This document shows, piece by piece, positions 1-15,130 of a stretch of 64,000 nucleotides of DNA; within the stretch, counting starts at the first letter, position 1, and every line of letters starts with the position of its first letter. This DNA is from Eledone cirrhosa. Taxonomy: Eukaryota. Under the pieces are notes generated by a model. That model was given only the letters and a program-made list of their open reading frames with translations. It ran no database searches and was not told where the DNA came from. The translations under genes were made by a program, and so were the position numbers. Where the stretch lies: assembly GCA_964016885.1 (NCBI GenBank), contig OZ024751.1:25110001-25174000 (forward strand), in the 5' to 3' direction.

Positions 1-67
1 GCACCCATGTATATACACATATACATATACATACATATGTACATGTGTATATACATATTTACACACT

Positions 68-255
68 TTTGGCTGGCCGTTGACTCTTATGAGTTCTTCC
101 GCCCTTTATCAGGTTTTGTTTTTTGTCCTGCAGGGTGTCCAAAATCACCCTCCTCACCAAGTAAACTTGGTGGGGTTGCCGGTTTAGTCGCCGACGACCA
201 TGCGACAGGTTGTACCGGGTTACATGTTATCAGTAGCACTCAAGAGTGACCCGAC
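68..255 (-). mobile_element. ~190-bp interspersed element, copy A; resembles an RTE-type LINE 5' UTR with a partial HDV-like ribozyme motif
   Basis: Reverse complement aligns end to end with 61784-61977 (GGTCGTCGGCGACTAAACCGGC, CACCAAG-TTTR-CTTGGTG hairpin, GTCAACGGCC). Both copies are bounded by microsatellite. Confidence 0.6.
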
Positions 256-594
256 CACATACATACATACATACATATATAGTCATTGCTATAATATATT
301 CAGATGAAAGCGATAGAGACGAATGGACACAGCCCAAAGTAAAATCTATAGACCAGCGTCTGTGGAGCACTCTATTGTATTGAATCTCGTATAAGAAGCT
401 GTAATAGGAAAGATTGATGTATTCTCAGCATGAAAGAAACGTTTAAATAATCATTTTCCGTGTCATTCTAACAATAATTGCTTCCTAGATTCAACACATT
501 GGAGATATATCACACTGGAGGAATCAATACTTTTCTACTACTACTACTACCACCAACACCAATACTAGTACCACCACCAACATCCTGCCCCCCC

Positions 595-648
<54 letters not shown>

Positions 649-650
649 TA

Positions 651-832
651 TAAAATTATAAGTTTGAAGAACAGTCAGACAAAATATATCCAATTTTTCT
701 TCTTAGTCCGTAGAAGTTACATTTTAAACTTAGCTCAGTTTAAATTATTATTTATTTAGTTAATTTCTACGGACTAAGGAGAAGAAAAATTGGATATATT
801 TTGTCTGACTGTTCTTCAAACTTATAATTTTA
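651..832. repeat. Fold-back inverted repeat, ~66-bp arms, ~48-bp spacer; probable Penelope-like terminus remnant
   Basis: 651-716 is the near-perfect reverse complement of 765-832 and follows a (CTA)n tract. Confidence 0.85.
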
Positions 833-949
833 AATAGCTCTGATTAATAATTATTTGCTTAATTAATTTTTCTATTGAGCCACACCGTGGAAGGTAGCCA
901 CACTCATATATGTATCTGTGACTATGTCTAAATATATACATATATATCC

Positions 950-1175
950 TTATGAATTTATTCTATACTCCCTTTCGGTTGAGTAAACCTTAGGCGATAA
1001 CTACCTGCTCTTTCTAGCAGCAAACCTACCTGCCATCCGGCCTACCCTTCACACCCTTCTAATTTGACCGTTGGCCACATGATCCTTCTCACCCAATTTG
1101 AATTAATTCTGGAGTGATCACTGTAGAAATTTTAGTTCTACTGAGAGGTCTCTTGAAAAGCTCGAAAACTCATGG
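950..1175 (-). pseudogene. Highly degenerate Penelope-like GIY-YIG endonuclease C-terminal remnant
   Basis: Minus strand reads ...VCC*KEQVVIA*GLLNRKG, resembling the PLE CxLCxxEKxxI...LLNxRxE motif. It lies just upstream of the 651-832 fold-back. Confidence 0.3.
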
Positions 1176-1344
1176 ATAATTGTTTCAACTTTAGGCACAA
1201 GGCCAGCAAATACCCAGTGCATTACTGGTACTTTATTTTATCGACCCCGTAAGGATGAAAGGCAAAGTCAACCTCGGCAGGATTTGAACTCAGATCGTAA
1301 AGGGATGTAACTATGCTGGAAAGCATGGTGGCTGACCCTCTACC
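1176..1344 (-). mobile_element. Meta/MESC-domain tRNA-derived SINE, young family, 5'-truncated
   Basis: Reverse complement of B-box GAGTTCAAATCC, GCCTTTCATCCTTACGGGGTCGATAAAATAAAGTACCAG, and the GGCCTTGTGCCTAAAGT..AAACAATTAT tail. Confidence 0.9.
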
Positions 1345-1601
1345 TCCACAGTAATAATAATATATATCCACTTTAGCCAGTCGCCCTCAATAATCATAGT
1401 ATAATAAACCTTTCAAGGATTTACACAAGTCCAGCCTCCTGTTATTTTATTATTATATTTAACTCCGTACTCGCACCACCAACTGCACAAACAAAGACGG
1501 TTCAGGTGCTTTACGTTGAGTACTCTCCATATTATTACATCAAGATTGACCACACGGAATTGACCAGCTCTATCCAGTGGTGAACCCTCAAACCTAAATA
1601 A

Positions 1602-1632
<31 letters not shown>

Positions 1633-1640
<8 letters not shown>

Positions 1641-1884
1641 TGTATATATAGTGTATTTTGCAATACACTGTATGCTTAATTAAAAGCATTTCGAAGACCT
1701 TACGCTTTTGATAAGCACCAAAAAGTGCGAAACAGCTCTGTCAGCTTTATCTCCCCTGTTTGCTGAAAATTAAAGTAAGTGAGACTGTCACTACTCTAAA
1801 ACAATAGCGTAAGTTCTTCGAAATGGTTTTAATTAAGCATACAGTGTATTGCAAAATACATTATATATACATTCATATATATAT
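1633..1884. repeat. Fold-back inverted repeat (~75-bp arms, ~100-bp spacer) between (TA)n tracts
   Basis: 1633-1705 versus 1807-1884 are reverse complements with a few mismatches. Confidence 0.85.
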
Positions 1885-1906
1885 CGCTATTTCAGAGCAC
1901 CAATTC

Positions 1907-1937
<31 letters not shown>

Positions 1938-1944
1938 AATATAT

Positions 1945-2011
<67 letters not shown>

Positions 2012-2035
2012 AATATATATATTTATATATATATA

Positions 2036-2125
<90 letters not shown>

Positions 2126-2148
2126 ATATATATATATATCTATATAAA

Positions 2149-2180
<32 letters not shown>

Positions 2181-2283
2181 TATATATCTATATAAAATAT
2201 ATATATATATATATATAAAATATATATATATCAATATAAAATATATATATATCTATATAAAATATATATATATATATTTGGTT

Positions 2284-2321
2284 CCTTTACCGGTTTCGCA
2301 GTTCTTCTGCTTTTCAAAAGG
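2284..2321 (-). ncRNA. Type I hammerhead ribozyme motif, U3-A8 core variant (minus-strand arm of palindrome)
   Basis: Exact reverse complement of 2382-2419. Confidence 0.7.
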
Positions 2322-2381
2322 TGAGTTGAGATGGAGGGTCTGTGGTTTTTCTCACAACCACAGACCCTCCATCTCAACTCA

Positions 2382-2419
2382 CCTTTTGAAAAGCAGAAGA
2401 ACTGCGAAACCGGTAAAGG
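2382..2419 (+). ncRNA. Type I hammerhead ribozyme motif, U3-A8 core variant
   Basis: CCUU | UUGAAAA | GCAG-AAGAA-CUGC | GAAA | CCGG | UA ^ AAGG. Stem I is CCUU/AAGG, stem II has 4 bp, stem III is the palindrome ACCGGU, and the cleavage triplet is GUA. Confidence 0.7.
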
Positions 2420-2550
2420 AACCAAATAAATATATATATTTAAAAAAAAAATAAGACTCCAGTTGCATTTTCGATTTCATCTCTTTTTCTTTATACTTTC
2501 ACTCGTGTAGGGGACCTCGGTTATTTTTCATTTTGTAAAAAAAACCTCAC

Positions 2551-2686
<136 letters not shown>

Positions 2687-4131
2687 ATATATTTATATAT
2701 AACTATTAAAAAAGAAAATTACACAGTGGAACTGAACTCCAAACAACCTGGTTATGGAACTATACGGACGATTCACAATCAACCAGAAAAACGTAAAAAC
2801 TGTACATCTATCCACCAGTTATATAAAACCAAGGAGAGGATTAGAGATTTGTGTTTACTTTACTCTAAGAAGGGACCGATAAATTAATTGTAACTATAAA
2901 TATAAATAAATTAGATTTAGATTCCTAAATTAGACCTAAAGCAAAACTATCCATACAAGTGAGTAGGAGACTTGAGTAGGAGAAAATTAAAGTGATAAGA
3001 ATTTGGAACATACAAAAATGAAGAAAGTTAGAAAAAGGACTAAGACGAATATTTGTTTCTAAATTTAAATATTGATTTTTAGATAGACTTCTAAATAAAA
3101 ATCGAACTCAATGCCAAAAATAAGATTATGGGTATACGTACGCCAATACTACCCAGTAATAAACTAACAGGTTCAGTGAGGAATCGGAAATTAAGTAAAT
3201 TGAAGAGTACGGATAGAAAACGTAAGAAAATTCTCACCCCCTTTCCAACAACCCATTACACTAAAGCTGATATAAATAAGATACCAATTATGAATGGTAG
3301 AGAAACCTGTTGTGTTGCTAACAGAGAACTATTACAAAGTAACTAAAATCCGTCTTGAAAAATACTAAATTTATACTATAAGTATGGGAGGATTAGAATG
3401 TCAGAGTTTATGGGCAAAACCAACCGACCGGAGACACATGGGTGGACCCTGAGCTAGATAGTTGGATAACGTCCATGAGCTTGGCTGGTCACGCTCGGGG
3501 ACCCAGCCGGATCAGTTGGAGACGGTTGCTTCTGACAAGACCAACTAGAAGGAGTATTTGAGGACTCTCCCCCCACGACCCTCTCAGGAATAAGTGGAAG
3601 AAGAAGATATTTCACAACGGATGAACAATAGCATTGACAAGCAAGCAAATGAGGTCTAGGCCAGTTGTAGAAATATAGTATAAGTAAGTATCAGTCCCAG
3701 AGACTGTAGCAGATTCTAACAGAAAATGGAAATGATGTGATTCTCTAAGATATTCAAGTACATAAACGAGAATCGACGGCATGTCTTAGAGTCCATCATT
3801 TTCTAAGTTGAAACACGGCTAATTTTTTCCAGATAATTAAATAGATAGATAAAGAGATAAAGAGAGAAAGGCAGAGAAAGAGAAAGTGATAGAATCGACC
3901 CCAATATTCAATTGCTACATCAATTTAGGACCACAAAAGTAGAGTTGATTTCAGTGCGATTTAAAATCAAATGGCAGAGAGATGGTGGAATGTATTCTAC
4001 CTAACGATCTAATAACGCTACCACTTCACCAGTGCATAAAGAGATAAGAAAAAAAAGAGAAATTTATCTTAAAAGTAAATGTCTTTTGGTTTCATCAGGA
4101 TCTGGTATGAATAAATGCCGACATAGCTGAG

Positions 4132-4266
4132 CTAGCCAGCCGCAGGTGTGAGCCCTGCGAGTTGGAATGGCTCTTCCAGCGCGTCTCCCTCACCGTCCTC
4201 CGGCGAAACGCCTTCTCCATTCTGTCCGCCGGGACTGTGGGTGGGCCCCATCGCGTACCGTTGTAG
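4132..4266 (+). pseudogene. 3' end of a CRE-like (restriction-like endonuclease) non-LTR retrotransposon ORF
   Basis: Translates LASRRCEPCELEWLFQRVSLTVLRRNAFSILSAG...*, matching the C-terminal 'EPRE..WLxQRxSLAVxRGNAxSIL' signature. It forms a GC-rich island in AT-rich DNA. Confidence 0.7.
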
Positions 4267-4873
4267 TTGTTGTAGAAGAAACAGGAAGACAACAACTGGA
4301 AAGTTTGATTTTCTAGAACTTGATGTTTGCTTAGTATTTCGATGGTCCTTTCAAAGATAGTACTGTCTAAAATCAGATAGAATTTCTTTTGACAATCCAA
4401 ATTGCCTCTCTCATTTACCTCTCTCCCCTATAGCTTACATTTCCCCTCAAATACATTCTCTATGAAAATAGTTAAATAAGTATACCCCAATACAGATTAA
4501 AATTGTTCAAGTTTAGAGCCTGGAAGAGGCACATGTTAGCAGTTAATAACAAAAACAACAACAAACTAAAACAACACATACCCACCACCACCCTAACCAC
4601 TTCTCCCGCCATCATCACCACCACAAGCACCGCCATCACCACCACAACCACTACTACCGTCACCATCACCACCACCACAACCACCACCATCACAACAAAT
4701 ACTAGCACCACCATCACTGCCGCCACTACGATCACTACCATCATCACCACCACTGACGCCACCGCCGCCACCTCCACCATCACCACTAATAATAATAATA
4801 ATAATAATGAAAGCGATGACAAAGTCTATCGTATATGTTTTGCTTTCTGACCCCTTTCTGAAACCACTGACCT

Positions 4874-4906
<33 letters not shown>

Positions 4907-4922
4907 GTCTCACTATATATTT

Positions 4923-5122
4923 NNNNNNNNNNNNNNNNNNNNNNNNNNNNNNNNNNNNNNNNNNNNNNNNNNNNNNNNNNNNNNNNNNNNNNNNNNNNNN
5001 NNNNNNNNNNNNNNNNNNNNNNNNNNNNNNNNNNNNNNNNNNNNNNNNNNNNNNNNNNNNNNNNNNNNNNNNNNNNNNNNNNNNNNNNNNNNNNNNNNNN
5101 NNNNNNNNNNNNNNNNNNNNNN
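4923..5122. other. Assembly gap (200 N)
   Basis: Run of N flanked by (CA)/(TA) microsatellite. Confidence 0.99.
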
Positions 5123-5385
5123 CAGACACACACACATATGTGTAAGGGTAACAAATTACATTTATTATATGGTGATATTGTGGGCGAAACTTTGAAATAA
5201 ATAGTCACAAGAAATAAAAAAAATAGTATATTTACTCTATATACCAAACCGTGCAGTTTAGTATGTTTACCACATAAACCGATAAAACAAGCACTTATAT
5301 ATACGTGTGTGTGCTTCCTGTATCTATATATGTGTATATACAAATACTTTCGTATTCATTTTATATACACACACATATACATACA

Positions 5386-5453
<68 letters not shown>

Positions 5454-5670
5454 CATAGATATAAACATATATATATATATATATTTATATATATGTGTGT
5501 ATATATATGTGTGTATATATATGTGTATATATATGTATATTTATATGTATATATATATATGCCCAAAACGTCGTCCCCCCCAACCTCCCACTCTCAAGCG
5601 TGAAACTAATACTAATAACATTTGTACTGCATCTTCGTTTTTCTGTTTTATGTTCTATGTTTATTTATTA

Positions 5671-5725
<55 letters not shown>

Positions 5726-5948
5726 TATATATATATAACAAGGGTTTGTTACAATGTCTTTTTCATTTATGAAAAAGTACCCTTACAGATATCAACTATT
5801 TTTAAATGCAGTCACGTGATCTGCTGATCAGACTTCAGAATGTTAAAAAATATATAAAATCCATAAGACACTCTATTTCATATTAAAGTACTTATGTATA
5901 TAATATACCATATTAAATCAACACATTCACACACATATGTATATATGG

Positions 5949-6009
<61 letters not shown>

Positions 6010-6021
6010 TCACACAGACAG

Positions 6022-6085
<64 letters not shown>

Positions 6086-6762
6086 GATATTAAACAAATG
6101 GAAACTATATTTATAAAACCATATTTATTTCGTTATATATATTTCTGGGATATCATATTAAAAATATGGTATGCCTTCCTCAGACAAAATACAATACATA
6201 AGCTGTTTTATAAATAATTTTGACATACCTTATAATAATGCAACTTCCATTTAAAAAGTTGATTTGGTATATATATATGTATTTTTCTATATATACATAC
6301 ATAATTTATAAATATAGAAATCTATATCAACTCTGACCTCTTGTATGAGATATCACTACCTAGACAGCCTCCTTAATAAATTATGTATAAACCTTTCCAG
6401 TTAAGTACTACTTTATCGTTTATCAAATGATATCAAGTCATTCTTCTGGCGATTTCTATAAGTTTTGCCCGCGGTATATGGATAGGTGCATAACTTAATG
6501 TACATTTATAAATAACTGCGCATAAATACCAATTTTTCTAAACTTATCCACCCGTTACTAATGTACCTTAAAAACACACATGTACACACATAGATATATA
6601 TACACATGCTTGTATATATACATATATACATTTATATACATACACATATACATATACATATACCTATATATATATACACACACACATACATATATATATA
6701 TAGACACACACATATATATATATATGTATGTATGTATGTGTATATATATATGTATGTATCTT

Positions 6763-6793
<31 letters not shown>

Positions 6794-6958
6794 ATATGTA
6801 TAGTTTTATCTGCTACATTAATATCCACTATGGAGATAATCGTATTACCATGGTACTTTATCCGATAAATCAATTTTCTTATCCCTCTCTCTACCTCCTC
6901 TCATAACATATATGTGTAGATATCTGGGTGTATATGTATACATTGCACATAAATACAG

Positions 6959-6997
<39 letters not shown>

Positions 6998-7073
6998 GAA
7001 AATTTAATTTATATATTAATTTCTCTTCAATTAAACATGCATACACATACACAGACACAGACACATACACACA

Positions 7074-7139
<66 letters not shown>

Positions 7140-7326
7140 GAAATGTTGGATAAATACTCTATTGGGGCCACCGCGAAGGGGCCGCTTTCGGTTATTTGTC
7201 GGAAATTTCTTCATAAGAGCCTTTATTCTTATAGCTTGGTCTAATTGATTTTTTATATGGTTAATTATGCTAATTGGGAGAGGAAATGGTATATACTTTA
7301 TCTAATAATTCTAAGGACATGATTTA

Positions 7327-7373
<47 letters not shown>

Positions 7374-7749
7374 AATCATTGTCTTTATATATTGTGTATG
7401 TAAATAATTTTATTTTCAAGCAAATCAATGTGTAGGTTAAGACTTATTTGTAGCTATATGTATCGTTTTCTAAATAAACCATTACACACACATATATATA
7501 TATATAATGGTTTGTATGTGTTTATAGCTATACATAGTGTGTATGTAAATAACAATATTTATATTGTTACATATTGATATTTTCTATAACGAAAATTCCA
7601 TATATAGCTATAAATGTTTCTTTAGACTACACATTGGTTTGATTCTATACATGTAGTCTTCTATATTCTGATATATACATGGATGGATGTTTTTCAAATG
7701 TACTTGCATATGCATAACAATCGGAAAAGTTTTCTTCAACCTCAAGCAT

Positions 7750-7915
7750 TACATGGCTCTGTGGTTGAGTATTGTTTCATCCTCGCAACATTGTGGTTTC
7801 TAGCTTCAATTCCCCGTGTACCACCTTAACTAGATTTCTTATGCCATATTCTTGTGTCGGCCAAAACCTTATGAGAAAATTCTGGGTGGTAGAAAACTGT
7901 ATAGACACCCGCTGG
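7750..7915 (+). mobile_element. Old tRNA-derived SINE; related diverged copies near 36350-36510, 40840-41000, 46020-46150 (+) and 33545-33710 (-)
   Basis: Head CATGGCT.TGTGGTT with a degenerate B-box and a GGAAACTG-like tail shared among the copies. Confidence 0.5.
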
Positions 7916-8109
7916 AAGAACCATTTCTGCTTTTATGTAATGAACTTAAAATGCCACCTTGTTTAACAGCATCTCTTGGAACTGGGATGTTTTACGCGGG
8001 ACGTGTCTAACGATATCACATTAACTATTGCAAGGCTCCAGGAATGGCTTACATCAGCTCCCTTCTCTGAGATGGAGTCGGTGTAAACCCTGTTACACGT
8101 AGATACTTA

Positions 8110-8450
8110 TGAATATTTCGGGACATTGACAGTAAGGTTCTGCCACTTCAAACGACTGCCAGGAATTAGAGCACAACTGAGAAGATGTGAAATATCTCCA
8201 GACGACTGCCAGGAGTTAGAGCACAACTGAGAAGATGTGAAATATCTCCAGACGACTGCCAGGAGTTAGAACACAACTGAGAAGATGTGAAATATCTCCA
8301 TCAGGTCCTCCTGGAATATTCTGTACTTAGTATTTTGAGAAGTTTTTCTCTTCCGTTTAACCTCTGGTAAGGTCCAACAAATCGCTACCTTTGCATGCCT
8401 GTTGTCTGGAAGCCGCTATGGGATGAGTTTTTTCCAATCGAAACCAACGC
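8110..8450 (-). pseudogene. 3' end of an RTE-clade LINE ORF with an internal 50-bp triplication
   Basis: Minus strand reads RLPDNRHAKVAICWTLPEVKRKRKTSQNTKYRIFQEDL ... GSRLKWQNL, like the RTE C-terminal 'R.P..R..K....W.P..KR.RGRP..TW....EDL...DR..W' motif. Confidence 0.65.
8152..8300. repeat. 3 x 50-bp tandem repeat
   Basis: The unit ACGACTGCCAGGARTTAGARCACAACTGAGAAGATGTGAAATATCTCCAG starts at 8152, 8202 and 8252. Confidence 0.95.
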
Positions 8451-9257
8451 CTTGACTAGACTCTAAAAAATAAAATAATAAATAGTGTAGAAACCACAGA
8501 ATGAACTGGTTTGAATCTGGAGTTAATATTCTTTTGAAAAAATATCGTGAAAAACAAATGTTCAAACAATACAAATGTAATTATATAAACTTTTTTATGG
8601 TTTGTAGGGGTGATTATCTTTATGACAAACATATTCAAATCTTTTCACTTTTTATGACCTTGCTCTTGTACTGGAAATATTGAATGTCAAATAAATTCAT
8701 TTACTTCTCGCAATAAGAAAGGGCTACTATAGACCTCGTATATAATATGTATCTAGCTTTAATGGATGTATTTTAATATGAAAATTTTAGTGTAGATTGT
8801 AGCTTGGAGGACAGAATAGTTTATCTTTGCAAAATGAATTAAATATTGGATTTTACAATTTTGAAACCATTCAGCAAATAGTCCCAATCAATGATATTCA
8901 TTACAGTTTTATAATAATAGAGGCAGAGGGCTACCATAACAATCATATATGGCTTGTGATCAGCATTTCTCTCGAAATATATTTAAAAAATGGAGATGTT
9001 CGATTTCATAGAATTTTTAAAAAATCTAAAATGTCACCAGTGCTACAACACAAGCACACATCCACTTACCCACACACAATGTTGAAGCTGAGTTTTCTTT
9101 CACACTACTCGAATATCACGCCACAGTGATCTTTAGATCGCTGTTGCCTGAGACTCGAATAGCGAGAAAGAAAAGTCAGTATTAATAAAACCACACACGC
9201 TACAACATGTATTGAGTGCCACATCCTTCGTTATCACACAACAAGCAACATTATATA

Positions 9258-9441
9258 TGGATTGGCAGTATCGGTAGAGGGTCGGACGCCTTGCTTTGAC
9301 GCATAGAGTTAAGGTCCTTGCCATTCTGAGTTCAAATCCCGCCGAGGTTAACTTTGCCTTTCATCCTTATGGGGTCGATAAAATATTGTACCAGTAATAC
9401 ACTGGGTTTTTGGTGGCCTTGTGCCAAAAGTAGAAACAATT
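9258..9441 (+). mobile_element. Meta/MESC SINE, near full length
   Basis: A-box-like TGGCAGTATCGG, B-box GAGTTCAAATCC, Meta domain and tail. ATTATATA occurs on both flanks. Confidence 0.9.
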
Positions 9442-9712
9442 ATATATATATACATTTTAATATGTTCCCTTACGGAACTATGTGTTCTTACATCCTATAC
9501 AGATTTTCTCCTGTTAAAGTTTCACATATTATTTTCTGCATTTATATCACTTCATATGTATATATTTATATATATATTTATATATATATATATATACGTC
9601 ATTCAGTATTTTAAAATAAATGCTCGGATTTATTCCTTAAACTTTTCTTTGGGCTTATTCTACAGGTTATAAGGCGCATATTTAAGATTTTCTCAGACAT
9701 GGAACCTATATT

Positions 9713-11693
<1,981 letters not shown>

Positions 11694-11901
11694 ATAAATA
11701 CAATATCGGAGAAAGCTTTTTAGCGATACTCCGGCCAAATTCCAACTCACTCAACAAACATTAGGAAATAAGTGATTATATTCCCAATTATGCGTTCGGG
11801 CTGCTAACTAAAAGTATTGCGTGGAAAATTGGTTGTATTATTTCATATGAGACATATCTAATATATCTCTTCCTATATATATATATATCATATCATATAA
11901 T

Positions 11902-12028
11902 ATAATTGTTTGTACTTTTGGCACAAGGCCAGCTATTACCCCTGTGTATTACTGGTACTTTATTTTATCGACCCAGTAAGGATGAAAGGCAAAGTTAACC
12001 TCGGCGGGATTTGAAATCAGGATGGCAA
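11902..12028 (-). mobile_element. Meta/MESC SINE, 5'-truncated
   Basis: Reverse complement of the B-box to tail portion. Confidence 0.85.
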
Positions 12029-12220
12029 TGTGTGTTTAAAATACCATAGTACTTAAACAATTAAGACATTAACTGAATGAGCACTCAAAATGTGTAACTA
12101 GAGCGTAAATTTGAAGTAGAGGCAGTGATTTCTAATTTCCAGCTAGGACACTTCATATATGTATTATTGTCTGAGTAGAAAAATGGCTGTGACTTCGACG
12201 TTTCTGCTCTTCTCGGTTGC

Positions 12221-12255
<35 letters not shown>

Positions 12256-12266
12256 TAAAAAGGGCG

Positions 12267-12297
<31 letters not shown>

Positions 12298-12403
12298 CTT
12301 ACACTCAGCTCGCCATCGTGACACAAGCGTTAATTTAATATATTTCTTCCATGTACTGTGCCGTTCATTTTCATACTTTTGCTATTTCTGTTTACCTTTT
12401 ACA

Positions 12404-12533
<130 letters not shown>

Positions 12534-12597
12534 AAAAGGTTCAGGACGCCGGCGGCAGAGGTCAAGCCGTTTCGGCGGCTATATCTGGACGGTTATA

Positions 12598-12628
<31 letters not shown>

Positions 12629-13273
12629 TTCCTTTTTCTTTTTTCTTTTCACTTCTTAAACCTTCTTTGTATATAACATTATTCTTTCTGCACCTTCTGT
12701 TTAACATGTGCGACACCACACTAATACATTTCACTATCATTTGATAATGCATATAAATGCAGAAACCGGTCATAGCCAATAATTAAATATATAAATAGAT
12801 AAATAAATGCCATTGTTAAATAATAAATAAATCAACTAATACCTTAACACTTCACACAAAGTAAAACATTTCGTTTTAATCATTTTCTAACCCAGAAAAA
12901 AGAGAGAGAGACAAAAAAAGGAAAAAAAAAAATTTTCCTTCCTCATAATCGTCTCTTTCTCCCTGTTTTCATATATATATATATATTGAGAGAGAGAGAC
13001 AGATGAGTGAGTGATAGAGAGAGTGAGAAAACGAGGTTGTGTTTGAAAAAGAGAAAAGTAAAATTGGGCGGGGGGGGGGGGGGGGGTTATGTAAAAAGGG
13101 ACTCAATACATTTGTAGAGTAAAACTTTAAAACCATCACAACAGGACAAGTCAATATATAATGTTATAAATGTAGTTAAAACTATAACTCTAATGGAACC
13201 TCATGTTTTTGTTCTACTTCATCAGTATCTCTTCAATTAGTATGTCTTTTTAAAACACATTATCGTTCACAAA

Positions 13274-13400
13274 CCTTTACGATCTGAGTTCAAATCCCGC
13301 CGAGGTTAACTTTGCCTTTCATCCTTACGGGGTCGATAAAATAAAGTACCAGTAATACACTGGGTAATTGCTGGCCTTGTGCCTAAAGTAGAAACAATTA
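13274..13400 (+). mobile_element. Meta/MESC SINE, 5'-truncated, with an 18-bp target-site duplication
   Basis: ATTATCGTTCACAAACCT (13259-13276) and ATTATCGTCCACAAACCT (13397-13414) flank the insert. Confidence 0.92.
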
Positions 13401-14045
13401 TCGTCCACAAACCTATATTGAGCAGTATTCTCCATCAGAGTGTTACGTGATTGGTTGTTGCGCTATCTTGCTACCGTGCATATAAAAGACATCATACAAC
13501 TTTGCACGATTAGTTTTACGTTTACCAGGTAGATGGCAGTTCTGTTTCTCGGGGGCTTGTCTCTCTCTCTCTCTCTCTCCACGCCATCACCACCATTGTC
13601 GTCAACTTCATCATTGTTGTTATTGTTTAGTTCCAGCTAAGATCTATGGAAAAGCGTCCCTGCCATGACCACCTCATCTTTTTCTATGTGTATCTTGGAC
13701 TACAGTATTTGATGCGTCGTTCATTCTTTAAGATGTCGGAATTTAAATTTTAGGAAGATTTGGCTGCTAATTTTAGTAGTATAAGAAACATAAAATATGA
13801 AACATAGTAACATAAAATATGAAACATTAGAGACACAGAATTGATGAAAAAGAAATGGAAACAAAGGGAAATTTCATTGTTTTGGACAACGAAAATTGTC
13901 ATGAATCCATTCTAGAAAAAAACTTACACTTAAATGAAGGTAAAAACCTGAAAACTACACTTTGTAATTATCATTGTGAAGAATAAAGTGAAAAAAATTT
14001 TTTTTTTCTTTAAACCTTCAGAGAACAGAAACGAAACAGCTGATT

Positions 14046-14088
14046 ATCTTTACGCGTTTTAGCAATTATTGTCTCCTCGTCAGAAGAT
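14046..14088 (-). ncRNA. Degenerate type I hammerhead motif (G12->A)
   Basis: Minus strand: AUCUU | CUGACGA | GGAGACAAUAAUUGCU | AAAA | CGCG | UA ^ AAGAU. Stem I has 5 bp and stem III is the palindrome ACGCGU. Confidence 0.55.
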
Positions 14089-14910
14089 TACTATCCTTAT
14101 GATTCTGATTACATGATCTTTGTAACGGTCACTATTTATATCAAGCTTGCATGCGATTTCTACATTATGGATTATAAAAGATATTTGATAAAAGTCAAAT
14201 CTTCTCACTTTTCAAAATTATCTTTAAAAAATTTATGAGTTGTGATTAATGAAGAACAATTGAAAATAATCAGTTTTGAATAATTTCTGTTGTTTGCAGT
14301 AGATTTAAACAATGCTTGTGTGATGGGATAATATTTTGTAACCTAATATTACATCATAAATTAGAAGGAAAACATGATATACGTGAAGAATTCTTGATGT
14401 TGTTGATGATGATATTGATGTAGAGGAAATCTTATCGAAATTAAGTTTTTCTTTAATCTTTTCGGAGTCGATAAATTATATTAGCTGTCCAGAAAAATTG
14501 ATTAGTGGATTTATTAGAGTATCAAACGAAGTACCTTGCGGAATTTGTTTTCCGTCAATTAAATCCCATCGTGGCCTACACTAATAACTTCAGCCCGTAT
14601 ATATATATACATACGGGAAGATGAATAAAGTTTCGTTTTTGTATGTAAAATCAATTATGTTTGAGGTGAATGCGCAGACGAAATATGGAAAGGCTGCTTA
14701 CCAAATATATTGCACGACAGCTGTGTAGCATAGGTATCGAGGTAAAGTGGTTATGATGCAATTGCCAAGGAGAAGTTAATGGAGTATTTAATAAATATAA
14801 TGGATCCAGGAAAATAATTACACAGGAAAAAGTGGACAGAATAATAATAATAATACACAATAAATCCTTCTTTTGTCCACATCTACCTGCCTAGTTTTCT
14901 CCTGGTACGT

Positions 14911-14947
<37 letters not shown>

Positions 14948-15130
14948 ATGTATGTATGTATGTATGTATGTATGTATGTATGTATGTATGTATGTATGTA
15001 TGTGTATATATGTGTGTGTGTGTATGTATGTGTGTGTGTGTATGTAAAAGGTAAACACAAATAACAACACAATCGGTACAGTATATAGAAGGGATATATT
15101 AGGTTAACGCTAGATATAGCAGGAAGAGGG

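Noticed and set aside
4085-4105. Antizyme-like TCC TGA frameshift site on the minus strand
   Set aside because: There is no antizyme ORF1 context and the +1 frame closes within about 10 codons.
4503-4850. Thr-rich mucin-like ORF
   Set aside because: It is a degenerate (ACC)/(AAT) trinucleotide repeat with no splice or domain support.
8152-8300. Tandem hammerheads in the 50-bp repeat (CTGAGAA...GAAATATC)
   Set aside because: G8 is absent, there is no stem I, and the sequence is explained as antisense RTE coding sequence.
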